Part shown: one piece after another, positions 13,519-28,900 of the stretch
How positions within the stretch are numbered: the first letter of the stretch is position 1
How the letters are laid out: each line of letters begins with the position of its first letter
DNA from: Antedon mediterranea
Taxonomy: Eukaryota > Animalia > Echinodermata
Direction: 5' to 3'
NCBI RefSeq assembly: GCF_964355755.1
Contig: NC_092680.1
Location: 7,750,001 to 7,814,000 of the forward strand
DNA: 64,000 nt
The notes under the pieces: model-generated
The model's input: the letters and a program-made list of their open reading frames with translations, nothing else
The model's database searches: none
What the model was told of the DNA's origin: nothing
Made by a program: the position numbers and the translations under genes

Positions 13519-16259
13519 GTAAGCAAACATTATTCACAAATGCGTTTAGGGGTTTCGTTACCACAATACAAAAGCAAATGTTTTAAATACAACATATTAC
13601 ATGAACTGATGACATTTGAATTATCATCCATCAGTGCGTTTACGAATTGCGTTTACTTAAAATGTTAACGCTAACACCATACAAATGTTTTGAATACAAC
13701 ACCAATGGAAATTCAATTTATCAATTATATGCGTTCGGTTTAGGGATTGCGTTTACTTAAAATGTTAACGCGATACACATTACCAATATTAGGCAAATAC
13801 ACCAACTATGTAATTTCGTTATCATTCTTTAATGCGTTTAGGGATTGCGTGTACGTAGAATGTTAACGCGATACATAATATAAATTGTGGTAAACGGTAA
13901 TGACCACCAACGATTTGACAAACATGTGTAACAAAAGTGGAATAAATATGACTGATAAAATACGTTGATTTCCGATAGGCGACATACACTTTTGGCTCGA
14001 TTATTCTAACCTTAGGCGGTGATTGTGATTGCTTCTGTTCATTGTCAATAGTAATTCATAATATAAATTGTCGTGATGAATATATCAGTGCTATTGGAGG
14101 GTTGATAATTTGTATAATGCGTCCGTGTATAATTGTTTAGAACAATATTGTTTATAATTATAAATAATGTAGAAATATCATCATCATGATTATCAATCAT
14201 CATCATTATTAATCAACATTATCAATCATCATCATCATTATCAATCATCATCATCATTATCAATCATCATCTCATAATTATCATCATTATCAATCATCAT
14301 TATCAATCACCATCATCATTATCATCATCATCATTATCAATCATCATCTCATCATTATCGTCATCATCATTATCAATCATTATCGATCATCATCATTATC
14401 ATCATCATTATCAATCATCATCATTATCATTATCAATCATCATTATCAATCATCGTCATTATCAATCATCACAATCAGTATCAATCATCATCATTATCAT
14501 TATCAATCATCATCTCATCATTATCGTCATCATCATTATCAATCATTATCGATCATCATCATTATCATCATCATTATCAATCATCATTATCAATCACCAT
14601 CATCATTATCATCATCATCATTATCAATCATCATCTCATCATTATCGTCATCATCATTATCAATCATTATCGATCATCATCATTATCATCATCATTATCA
14701 ATCATCATCATTATCATTATCAATCATCATTATCAATCATCGTCATTATCAATCATCACAATCAGTATCAATCATCATCATTATCATTATCAATCATCAT
14801 CTCATCATTATCAATCATTATCAATCATCAACATTATCGTCATCATTATCAATCATCACAATCATTATCAATCATCACAATCATTATCAATCAGCATAAA
14901 AAATCATTCCAACTCAACATCAGATTCAGTGGTCCCAAAATTTGGAATAATTTACCCATCAACATCAAGAATAATTTAATTTATTTGTAAATTGAAAGAA
15001 ATGTTTTATATCGTTATTCTGATTTTAAAAGAAATAAATGTTTACTTAAATGTTTACTTGAATCATCATCATTATCAGTTATCATCATTATCATCATCAT
15101 TATCATTATCATCAATCATAATCATTATCAATCATCAAATCATCAAACAAATAAAATAAATAAATCATTATCAATCATCATCCTTATCATCATCATCAAT
15201 CATAATCATTATCAAATATCATCAGTATCAATCATCATCATTATCAATCATTAACTCCATTATCAGACTAGACAGTGTTTTTATGTGTTATGATTGTTTC
15301 ATTTTTTCTAAAAATTAAATTAGAAAACTAGCAGGCAGGCATGTTAATTCCATGAAATATACTGATGCCTTCATACGGATGTTATGTTATACTTCGAAAC
15401 GATAAATAACATGCTTAATTATTTTGGGTGAATACAATTACACGCCTGTAGATAATATTATTAATGGCGCTATGACCAAATATAATAATAGGCCTATGTA
15501 AATATAACAGAATTCCTATGGTATACCTTTCTTTACTATTACACACAATTATTTAGTTATTCCTAACGCAGTGCGACTTATAAAGGTTATAATTTGAATT
15601 TTATTGTGAAACGTTGTTGTAGTCTATTTATAATGTAAACGACTGTCGAATTATTTCATATAATATTGGTAGTTAATCTGCGTGTGACCAATAAGCCTAG
15701 CACTGTATAACAGTGTGTATACCATGGTTTAATAACACTGTTTGTGCGTTTTCTTTACGTGTGTTGAATACATTTCCCGCTGTTTCTTTGCAATAAGATA
15801 CTCTTTGGCGTGAGGGTTGAGGCAAACCGTCGAGTTTCAGCGTGTATTCACTTACAGATGGTCTAACTGCGCAACATTCCGATCAAACAGATGCTGCTGC
15901 TTCACAACAGAGTGATATATAATTCCAGAATACTAAATAATAATAATAATGTAACGTTGAAACAGTCCTTATTTATTTATGTTTCAGGATATTTTTACTG
16001 CCTATAGATTAGATATACAGTATATATTGTGTATATATTTTTTCGATTTCCATAAATTATGATTTACAAAACAACCACGACCGAGAAATATATTGAAGTC
16101 GTTGACCTTTTAAACATACGCCTTCACTACGTTCAACATAAATGTGCCGTATACATAACAGATTGTCCGCCTACATTTTAGACTGTACAACATAATGTAA
16201 TCTGACATTAGCATATGTTTAAACAGAAAGGTCAATTTTTATTGTATAATAATATCTTC

Positions 16260-16314
<55 letters not shown>

Positions 16315-19300
16315 CACATTAGGCAATGAACATTAATTCGAAACCGCCCGATGATATACTGAAATTTAATTAATTTGAAACGATAAAGATGAGGAAATCT
16401 GTGAGAATGAGAAAAAGTCGCCCAAACCGAGACTCGAACTCGAACCGCCTGCTTGATATGCAGATGTCCTAACCATTAGACCACTGGGGCTTTCATGGTA
16501 TTGTTCAACCTCGATATATAAACAGACACAGAACATGAATTCTAAACCCCCCAGTAATATACTGATATGTAATTAATTAATTTGAAACGATTATGATGAG
16601 GAAATCTGTGAGAATGAGCGTATCAATTTGATTTATGGTGTACGTGCGTACAATTGAAGGACTATGTTCCGCCGTACCACGCCAAGAGAGAAAGTGTTAA
16701 AGAGTCGCTATCCAATCGAATTTGAACAGTAACCATGAAAAAGCCCCAGTCGTCTAATGGTTATGAGATCCGGGTGCGAATCTCGGTTGGGTTCTCATTT
16801 TCACAGATTTTCTCATCTTTATCGTTTCCACTTAATTAATTAAATTTCAGTATCATCGGGCGGTTTAGAATTTATTCTATGCCTGTTGTGTTTATTATAC
16901 ACTTTTATATTTCCAATCACGTTTTAACAAGGAAATGCGCAGTTTAATACACAAGGTAGTGCACACGAAAGACGTGATGCCTGGACAGGCCTCGAGCAAA
17001 GTCACTACGCTACGTTCAAGACATGATGAACAATGTACCAACAATAATAATATGGACTGGTTCACACGTCGTTGGAGGTATTAGGACTAACTGATACACC
17101 ACGAAGACTGACTTGATGCACATTTGGGGGCAATGTACTACGTACGACATAGGCACAAGGCAAGTGAGTTGACCAATCACAGCGAATGATGCTCTTTAAC
17201 TTCGTGATTGGTCAAATTACTTGCGGCGCACTTAACATCTTTGCGTCACGTCCAAGTTGCAACATCTTTTTACTTCTTTTGGTAGGATAGGATAGACAGA
17301 TACTTTTTTCACTCAAGCTCTCTCTCTCTCTGTTTCGGTGAGCTCTCATAAGGGAGCTTCAAAGTGCTGTAGAACGGAGCGGTGTAAATGGTTCCTCTGC
17401 TTCTTCGTAATTTGTTGGTTATCTTAGGATATTTAATGGATTATTTTTGTCTGAAAAACGCTTAGAAACATTGTATTATTCACTTATTAAGACTACCATT
17501 ATTATTATTAATTAAGTTTAAATAGGTGGTCTGCTGGTAGTAATGAAAGAAAAGAAAAAGTTATAGTCAAGAACGTATATCCAAAATAAAATGCATGGAA
17601 GTGAGTTAAGAGTGCATCGACCAATGCTTATCAACGCCATTTGCAGTAGTCGTGTATCCACAATGTTTTTCTTTTCCATTTAATTCAAATAGAAAGCTGA
17701 GTAAAACCGCCATGGTACGATTTGCGACCTTCATGATACTAGCAATTCAATTTTATAGCATTACACTCTACGATAGTAGCATATGGCAGAATATCTTCTC
17801 ATCAATGTCGTTTCGGTTTTAGTATAACTTATATTTCCTAATCGTAATTACAGTCTACAGTCGTTCTCGTTTACCATGATAAGAGAGGGCGCTGTCAGTA
17901 ATAAACGTTTGTTTAAAGGTGCCTAGAAATTGTATAGGTTTGTCCATCATGCATGTAGTGTTCATAATGATATCTTCGCCATGTATGTGTAGATTATCAA
18001 CTACACTATCATTAGGTTTGTTTAAAACATGTAATTATCGTCACATTCGTCTCAATATGAGCTTTCAGGTTGCAACTAATTATTGTGCCATTGTTTTTTT
18101 TTAACACTTTGGTCGTCGTCAAACCCAATTTCGTCGTCGAAACATGTGCATTTCAAACTTGTTTGGATATACGGTCTAAAACGGTCTAGTTATACGTCCT
18201 ATGTCGTACGTCCTAGGCCCTAGCAAATCGATAAGATCTGTAGCAAATATTTTACGCGTTTTCCCATTTCTCTCTCGTAGGGCTAGTTATACCATTGTAA
18301 ATTAATTAAAATATGCTTACTATTCAGTTAAACATAATATGATGCAAATTGGATATTCCGCCCACGTCGCTTCAAAATATAAACACAACCAAAGACAATA
18401 GACCTACTACTATCTACTATCATTGACTTACACTAACTCCAAAGCTCTGTCTACACTATAGACACAAAAGGTGTGATGTAGGCTACCCAAATATGGTAGT
18501 GATATGACATCATCATGTCTATACATGGGCACATTTTTTTGTAACATAAAGTTTGATTGTGTAGACAGAGCTTTAGACTGAAATTACATTGTGTGGAGTT
18601 TAAGGCATAGTTTAGTTTAGCAAGTAGTGTGAATGCAGGCGTATAAGGAATATTAAATTAGCCATGTGGTACCGTGCTGTAGTAAAGATATATATTATAA
18701 GCGGTGGCAGTGGCCAAGATGTTCTTAGAGCTGCCTTGTGTAGGCCTAAATTTTCATAAAAGAAGATGTGCAAAGCACATCGTTAACTATATACATATAT
18801 CTTTTCTAACCACCAGAAATAACTTTAATACGTAAAACCAGCTGATGTCATTATTTATCAGATCAATCCTGAAACATTAACAGGCGGCCCTCCATACATA
18901 GTCTGTCGATATCATGACGTCATAATGTGGATTGCTGTCGTGTTTTCTGTTTTTCGTAGTATATATAATATAGCTAACCATAAGCATCATGTGCGTCTTT
19001 TTAATTATAGCTCAATTTAACTCACTGTCAGATTCTATATATAGACTTAAATATATATAAACATGTTGAGAATATCTAAAAATAGACTTTGTATTTAATC
19101 TATATTCACTACAAGTTGCGGAGAGATGATTTATTCATTATATTCATGTAAATCAATTATTAATATTAGATATCACTGTAGCTATGTTATTTATTTATGT
19201 TGTATTATCTTGATTTGATATCCTGTGGAGATATGCAATTAAAAATTAGTGGATTTAGTTAATGACTTAATTATGATTTGCTCTATCTAAACAATTTGGA

Positions 19301-22300
19301 AACTATATGACTTTTCATCGGTTTACTAGCCTACGGTTTACAGTGCTATTTTATCTAACTAGCCGTAGGAAGTTGTGGTTTTTATGTAGGCTACATTTAA
19401 TATTTAAAAACAAATTCTTCTGTCAAACATCTAATGCTCTACAGGGCATGAATATACGCAATGTATTTACAATTAAAAACGTATACATTGATTGTATATT
19501 TATTTGTGTTTTTAATGTCTTAGGCTATATGAATAACATATTTTCCCAGGCTAGATAAATTGCAAATACACTATTCTCCGAAAGGCACTGCAAACCGAAA
19601 GAGTTGTAAACTTTAAAATAATGTGATTTAACACTGAAGCCCAATGAAAACAAAGGCTACACCAGTATTATAATATCCACAACGAGGTATAGTTTATATC
19701 GATTCAAGCATATTGAACTTTCAGCACCTGATGATTAAAGAGTGGTTTTTATCACCATCATGAAACATTATGTATAGTGTGAAAATAAAATGTTGAAATG
19801 TTTAACTTGGGTCATGTATTGAATTTTCTATAAAGATATTTATTTATATATTACTAAAGCCCAAAGATTCTGCACTCACTCCATACAAAGATTAGGGATA
19901 TGAATATTAGATTATTATATTGATATAACAATATAGTACCTGGATAGGAAACATAAATAAAGAACTCAAAAAAGCAAATACATCGATCGCAAAATTAATG
20001 ACAGACCATCAGACCACCGAAAGATGGAAACGATTAGCGTACGCAATGTCTAACCCAAGACGAATAGCGTAACGGATGATGATGATAAAAATATAAAGAT
20101 TAGAGCATTTTCCCATTAAATTACTACCGGCAGCTCCATTGGTGTAATAATAAATAGCAATATGCTGTAGTTTTCGTTGGTTAGCCCTATACTTAGCCCA
20201 AGTCTCTATTTATTGTTTTTTTTTATGTTAGTCCACCAGTCGGCGTTTCCATTTTTAGTCCAGAAATTCAAACTCAAGCTCAAAGTATTATACGTATGAG
20301 CCATATGTGCCAAAATATTTATATTTTTACTAAGTCAAAACTCCGTCTGAAACACACACTACCAGGCCTACTACGTGTTTAGCATATACGTCCGTTCCTC
20401 AATACCATGGTGATAATATTGCTGTGACACTGTCACGTGCCAAACAATTCGTTTCATCGTGCACATTGACATGACTTTCGTGGGAATCAGATAATGACCC
20501 CAAGCCAGTCGTATACCTGTCAATTGACTTACTATAGTCTGTCTGCCGTGTATCTTTCCAAGAATCGACTGTACATTCGTGGTAATCAGATTAATATTAC
20601 CCATAGCAATTTCTATTCTAAGCCGTTATATAAAACACTTAAGTATTCTATTGCATTTGAATTTTAAAACAGAGCATTTTCGACGACAAACCGATTTCGA
20701 AATTTACAAATGTAAACCTGGTTACAGCACACACGTGATCACCACTATGGTGGTATATTATTGATGCACTTATTTAATATAAAAATAATCGTGCTGTCCC
20801 ATTTGACTTTATATTTTATATTTGAGAATAAACTTCAAACATTATAGAATTACAACACCCGGTCCTGCATATGCTATAACAGCTTGTAATTACCGTATTG
20901 CTACACTACTGCTTCGCAATGTGTTTTATCTTAAAATAAGGACGTTGTTTGAATTTTGAAATATAAGTATTGATTTAAGAAAATGTTTACGCTACGGTAC
21001 TGTTTAAGAAAAAAGTATACATAGTAATACAGCCTACAGATCCTGTCTTTATAAACCATTAATATTACAAAATAGTTTACAGGTATTTTGTAGCTCCTCA
21101 TCACCAATGTGACGTTCACAGAAGCAAGTAGACGTCACACAGATGAGACAGAAAAATAATAATTACTGTTTGATGACGATTACAAGTAAATGACGATGTG
21201 TTTTTTTGGCCAAGATCTTGTTGTGAGGTTGTAATTTTTTACGCTTTGCTGTTAAGAATTCTTTTGTAATTTCTGTTTATGCTTATTAAAATTTCACTTT
21301 GGTGTCTATGACACATATCTGGATGATGTCATCATGTCCATCATCCTAATAGAATCCGTTATTACCATTTATACCTACATAACTGTGACGTCACAAAATA
21401 CATTACCCGTGTATATGATTTGATCTTGATTGATATACAACGAATTACTTTCCGGTACAGAATATTATCTATACAGTCATTCTATATTCCATTACCATAT
21501 ATTTGTAATTTATTAGTAAAATTTGAATGAATTCCATAGATAAATTAAAAAGAAAAACCGGTATAGTATGAATCGAATTCATTCATCGAAATTATTTTTT
21601 TTTAAATTTATTTAAAATGTTACGGTTCGTCTAAAAAAGAATAATTGTCGTCAACATAAACATAGCTACTTGATAATTTAATTGAATAACCTTTATTTGT
21701 GTATCTAATTTGTTTCAATTATCAATAGGCCTATTTATATTTTAAATAAAGTAATGCTTTGTTTTCTGTATGGAAATTGTATATTAAATATAAACATTTT
21801 GTCTACTTATGGTCGTTCGTTATCACCATTATAAACAGGCCTTTAGTGTATGGCAGGTGCTGCTAAAAATGAATAGCATTGTTAATAGTGATGTGTTAAC
21901 GTTGTATTCTGTACTTTAAGCCCGTTCGCCTGTATTGAATATATTTGTTACATCACAATTCGTTATTATTCAGGATTGATAAGCCAGTGAAAATTATGAT
22001 TTTCATGTCAGATTTTTTTCATATTCTTTTGATTTATATTGGCAACATTCATAAAATCTATAATGTGAGAAGATTGAAAAGAAATTTCTTCTACGATATA
22101 GCCTAATGCTAGAGGATAATAATCCGTAGACGTTCTCCAGCCTAAAGGCCAATTTACACAGACAAGCAGTAATGCATTGGTAAAACTACAGTATCTATTC
22201 TGAGCGGAAACCGCCCGTCCGCTCCGCGTTTTGTGTAAATGGTCATAAGGAATAACAGATTCTATATTCTTATTACCGTTATCGCTCGTCTGTGTAAAAA

Positions 22301-22914
22301 GGCCTTTATGCGGACTTTTTGTAATTTTTTTCCACTTATATGTCACTTAAATAAAATGAAACATCGTCATTTATGTTTAACAATCTAGTTATTGTGTTAT
22401 GCTTGCAATATGCCTTCGAGACAAACAATGTTCTGCGGATGCTGGTCCAATCCGGTCTTCTTGTCTAAATAAGAGATTCAAACCAATACATTGTTGAAAG
22501 GGTATTTTATGTACACTTATCTAGGCTTAAACTTTTCTTACAATCTCTACCTTCATATAGCCTGAATCTCCGACATAAGACCCATTGCTTTTATTCAAAA
22601 TACATTGTAATGAGTCAGATTATCTTGTTGGATCTGCAACAATTCCTCTTCTTAGCTTGATATTGCAGCTTTGGTTTCCTTGCCTACCGTGGACACTGTG
22701 TACGTACCAGCTGTGGGCTTTTCATTTTCTGACGTTATTAAATCAGTTGTCGATGAGTGACCCACTACTACGCTATTAAGTACTCTTGTACGAATCAGGT
22801 TATATTTTGTTTGAATGCAAAATGAAATTAGCTTAGAAAGATTATTATTATCATCATCATCATATTTATCATCATAGGAATCTTCATTATCATCATAAAA
22901 ATCATTATCATCAT

Positions 22915-22945
<31 letters not shown>

Positions 22946-25900
22946 GTCATCATCATAATCTTCATCATCATCATCATCATCACAAAATAATTAATATCAT
23001 ATTTATCAACATTTACTATTTGATTAGCATACCGGTACTATAATTTGTGATAAAAGGAATGCCTAAATTAAATCATGGTCTTCTTAAGTATTTAGTATTT
23101 TCATGGTTTATTAATAGATTAATAGAAACGCTTATGTCCCAGTCATTGACTTTAATAGAACCCATATTCATAATTACAATCGATATGGTTTTGGATTTCA
23201 GCATCCTGACGTCATCTCAAATTCGCGTTAATTATCTGAGTATTTAAAAGACCACAGATGTGCTGTAATTCAGGATTCAATGCCACTGTCATTTTTCACG
23301 AGTGGGTTGTTAATTAATGCATCATAGGACAATGTTTTATCCTTGCAATTCCGTCACCTTCTTTTATGACGTTTTGTAGTTAACTTCTTTTACAAGGTTC
23401 GATTCGAAGTAACAGAGAAAATACCATCAGCTCAAGTGTTATACGTATGAAACGCCATATGTGCCAAAATATTAATATTTTTACTAATTTTGGAGGGTAA
23501 CCATGCCAGCTCAATAAAAGAGTGTGGATGTCGGTGCATAGTATTGTTGTTTGAAAATATGTGTTGTTGACTCAACACCAACATCTGGATATCATATACA
23601 AAAATCAGTTACGGTATACGATGCGACCACCTTGCTGCATCCCCCCCCCCCCCCACCCGTTTCAACCCATAGGGACAACAGATGAATATTTGATAGCGGT
23701 TTTGTCGAATTCATGTCATGTCTACTTTCTAGTGATATTAAATTAAAAATGTATTAGAAAGAGTATTAAATGGTATACAAATTGTTTAATTGTTTAACCC
23801 TACATTTAATTTTATTATCGAAATTTACATATTCGAATGTCTCTGCTGCTTGCGTTCAAAACTTTTCCAATGATATTTACTGTATAATGATTGTGATGAA
23901 TGTTTTTGGAATCGAAAGACATGAGAGTATAGTAATGACAGGTACGCGCACTAAGTGTAGTTTTTATTTCAATATGTTCAGTGAATAGATCGACAGGACA
24001 GTGATATCTCAATGCTATTTTTGTAATATCAGTTTTATGGTTGATGGACATTTTAAGTCATTACGTCACACCTCGAATAGGATGGCCTTCGCGTGTACAG
24101 ATACTTTATTTTGTCTCACAATCGTCCACAGTGGAATAGTTTTTAAGTTTGTTTTTGATAAATCACTTGCGCGTGTTATTTAAATATTCATACATCAAAC
24201 GTATTCGGCCTTAATCAACATATTAAAAATGAACGAGACAAATTCTTGCGGTCTTAGGCCTAATGGATATCTTAAGAGACATTCTTTGCAAGCAGGTTTA
24301 AATCAAGACAGCTTTTTCGTGTTTTTCCAATTCCGCTCATCATACCCCCCCCCCCCCTCCACCTTGTTAGCTGTGCTTCTCTGGCAATGATAACGTGTAA
24401 ATCAATATTTAGGCTCTGTCTACACTATCAAACTTTATGTGATAACAAATGTGATGTGCCCATATATGGACACGATGACGTCATATCACTACCATATTTG
24501 GGGATATCATTACCATGTTTGGGTACATCACACTTGTTTAATAGTGCAAACAGAGCTTCAGGTAGTATTACTGTAAATTGGGAAGTGACGGCCGTATTGT
24601 GACAATGACGTTGATTCGGGAGTTGTGCTGGTCCTGGTTTTATAACATACTGTTATTATATTATTATTGCATAACATATATGGTTAAATGAGTTCAAATA
24701 TGGAGTCATTCAATTTTCGTACTACAACTTGTTTATGATCTTTATTTGTAGTCATCAATGTCAGTTCTGAACTAACAACACAGCATACCAAACATTTCGC
24801 AGGCATTAGCAACCCTGTCATTGTACGCATGTCCACCAGCTGAAGTGCACATCTCAACATCACATTATTAACATTAGCTTTAAATCGAATTAGGGGTTTT
24901 CCAAACATGTTGACAAAAAAACATTAAGTTATAAAACATGAACCCGAAGTGGAGGTCGTTGAGCGGACAACATGAATTTAAAACGCATAGTTGAGTATAT
25001 CAACATCGCATGGTTAAGATATTTTTGACGATGTATTCATTATTTTTTTTAACCACATGTATATCCGATTTTTATTACTATATATCTATAATTTATCATA
25101 GGCAAGTTATGTGATGCAGTCTCACATACAGTATGCCCTATCATATGTGACGCCTGTATCAAACCATGAACCTATTTAACCTTAGAATAATACAGACTAA
25201 ACATTAATTGATACATGTGTCATTGTCATATGTTTTTGTTACAGGACTTAATGCCCCATGTGGCGATACAGTATAAGAAATCGGGTGAATTATATATTAT
25301 GCCTATTATGAATATTTATTCATACATTGCATATAATATTTACTATTCATCTTCAATAATATAAATGTTTATTTCGACAGATGGTTGCCATAGTGACTAT
25401 AATGATGGTGTATTAATAATAATGCATATTGCAATTATTAGATTACTAATGAGAAGTGACAGGGTCACGTCATGCATCATTAGATCAAGTCATCATCATT
25501 TTCAAATAAATATAAAATCAAGTTATTATGTTTTTATACTAAAATATTAATTTCTTAATTTATCATGGTCTGTTTATCACTTATCGTCGGTTCAGACGAC
25601 CCATAATGGTATCCGTATGTTTTCTTTAATTTGCTTTGCGAATATAGTGAAGCTACATCAATATAGTCTGATGGACCATGGAGAAAAAATAATCCTCCAT
25701 GGATGGACTGAGTGTTCTTGTCTATTATGTTGTCGTTAGCTTTGTTGTGATTCCTAGACTGTGTGAGACATTTTATATAATTATGTTCCTATATATTTTG
25801 CTGACAAACTTAAAATCTTAGCTATAATTAGTTTGAAAACATGACTGTAAATAATATAATATACAATAACACATTTTTTTTAAACATAGGCCTACGACTG

Positions 25901-28900
25901 TGATATTTTTTTGTGCTTACACTGTATTATATAAGGAGGTGACTAAGGGGTTTTTAAATCATTTTTTTTAAACTACAGTCTATTAGGCCTACTACAAGAA
26001 TATTATAATGAGTAATTCAGTAGTTTAACAGGTAAATTATGACATGACCTCTGATATTTCAACGATGTTTATAGGCGGCGCTATTTGCTGTTTAGATCAA
26101 TATTTAGTTGGGAGATACTGTAAAGAGTATAATTACAAGATATTTACGTATAAAACAATTAGTAAGGGATTTTTATTGGAAAAAGTTGCAACATTCAATT
26201 TAGCGGTACAATTCTCAAAATGCTGAACGTGCAATAGAATCATAAGACCATTAAATACAAATTACCGTGTGGTAGACCTAATATAGTGAACGACACGTTA
26301 TATGAACTTAACCAATCAAATGTCAAGGAGACATTTAGGTTTAGATGTTATGATTTCATTTTTTAGTGATAGAACCTCGTATTAAAATTTTTACTAAAAA
26401 ACCACAACGTTGTTAAGTACTGTGATAATTAATATTAATAAAAGCAGACAATCCAATACCACGGTTGTGCGTCACTCATTTACCATAACAGAACGTAGGC
26501 CTATAATATAATATAAGCACAAATAATAATTAATATTAATAGAGTATATACTTATAATTAAATTACATTGTTTCAGTTGTTTGTTGTCGACATTGTTAAT
26601 AATGAATTATGCTTTCTTTTTCAAGAGAATAATGGAAGCGTGAATAACAAACATTGATAGCATGGATTCCGTTGAATTTCTATTGTTCGAAATTTTCATT
26701 TAATTAATAATAATTTACTAGCTGGCGACTTAATTCCTATGTTGATTATAATCAATGATTGTCTATTAGTTATTATTGTGTTGATTTCAAATAATATTAT
26801 CTTTAAAGAATACAGGTCAACTATATAACCTACTCACTGTGTCATGGAATCAGTACTTTGACCATTGTTATAATTTAAAAAAATTATAATTTTAAATTTC
26901 GGTCTGCATAATCTCAAAGCCTTTGATATTAAACCACAACGACGAATGAGTATTATTGTCATTTTTTGTCGTTTACGGTGTAATTATTTATGTTGAGCAT
27001 CGTAATTTTGAATGTTTTCTGAATTGCAATTATAGTTAGGCAAATTTATAACATTCTCGATAAAACCTATAAAATTCGTTTCTACTTCAATTAATGCGCT
27101 AACGTATACTTTGATACTGACATTTTCTTTTGCCTGAAAACAAAGTAATGAAAATGATGTGATTGTGGCTGATGATACTGATGTTTATACTAATGTTAAG
27201 ATTGCACAACTTATTACTATTCTTTGTATGTTAAATCCCATCAAAAAATTAATGGAACTAAAACGTGATTTTAACTGAAATTGGTTTTGGTAAATGTTCA
27301 CTCACATGTATAAATGCCTATTTTGGAATGATACCGCACCTTTAATTTACCAACTGAATTCAGGTCCAAGTGGTGGGCATGCGTAGTTCATTATCTAAAT
27401 AAGACCTTCGGAACCTGATTGTGGTTAAAATGTATGGAAACGAGACATACTTACAAATGCTGAACAAGCTCTCCCATGTCATCTAATTGTAATTGTCATA
27501 AATACCTTAGTTCTGAAATTCAAACATTTTATTTATATTTATGCTTTTCACGTATTTAAATTAACATGGATATTATCTTTTTATTCTCTGCAGCTTTTTC
27601 TAGTGGATAATTGTGCAGATGACTGGCGGTTAGCTATGACATTTTCCCGAATAACGCTTTTATCTAGCGAACTATTTGTATGCGCAATTCACCCAATTCC
27701 TGGGAAATATACATTTCGTTGGAAAACGGAATTTGCATTCACGCATATGACTAGGGAAGCTACGGCTGACGTGGACGTTCTTCTTTCCATTCCTATGTTC
27801 CTAAGACTTTATCTAATATGCAGAGTTATGTTATTACACAGTAAACTGTTTACGGACGCCTCATCTCGCAGTATTGGCGCCCTCAATCGGATTAACTTTA
27901 ATACCAGATTTGTTTTGAAAACTCTTATGACCATTTGTCCTGGTACAGTACTTCTTGTTTTCACCGTTACTTTATGGATGATTGCTAGTTGGATTTTACG
28001 AGTGTGTGAACGGTGAGTACGTAAAATTGAACGCGATTGAAAAGGTTGGATTCCACTCTGTTGTGTACAGTGATATTGTATTTCACGGAGAACGGATGCT
28101 TTTAATACGATGAAGAAGTTTGCAAGTTGCTACTTGCAAGGTATCAAGTAGCAACAATTATACATTTATTCATCGAATCACAAATCACATTAAAATTAAT
28201 AATATGTACAATGTTTCATTTGTATACATATCATACTAAATTGTATACTAAAGACAATCGACAAAACAATTTATTCCACCAACAACGAAACATGACATCA
28301 ACAAAACAAAACAACCACACAAACACACATATTTGTTATTTGTTACTATGAATTACACTAAATCACACACTATATAAATTAACGGTAAGGATAATAAATA
28401 GCATTAGTTTCAATGTACAGTAGAACCCCTAATAAAGAGACAGAACAAAGTGACCCCTTAATAGAGGTGTCGTAAGTATATATTAAGTACTATATTATAT
28501 TCCCTTGTCTGTTTCACGAGAAGGTGGTCCTTAAAGGTATCCCCTTAATAGAGGTGTCGTAAGTATATATTAAGTACTATATTATATTCCCTTGTCTGTT
28601 TCACGAGAAGGTGGTCCTTAAAGGTATCCCCTTAATAGAGGTGTCGTAAGTATATATTAAGTACTATATTATTTTCCCTTGTCTGTTTCACGAGAAGGTG
28701 GTCCTTAAAGGTATCCCCTTAATAGAGGTGTCGTAAGTATATATTAAGTACTATATTATTTTCCCTTGTCTGTTTCACTAGAAAGTGGTCGTTAAAGGTA
28801 TCCCCTTAATAGAGGTGGCGTAAGTATATATTAAGTACTATATTATTTTCCCTTGTCTGTTTCACTAGAAAGTGGTCGTTAAAGGTATCCCCTTAATAGA

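Noticed and set aside
16416-16492. Functional tRNA gene
   Set aside because: The acceptor stem pairs poorly and the segment is joined to a repeated non-tRNA body found several times, so it is treated as a SINE head.
20277-20335. ~55-bp dispersed duplicate of 23429-23488, and the GGGAAGAGTGAA motif at 1470, 46305 and 56717
   Set aside because: Probably fragments of unclassified repeats; too short to assign or interpret.
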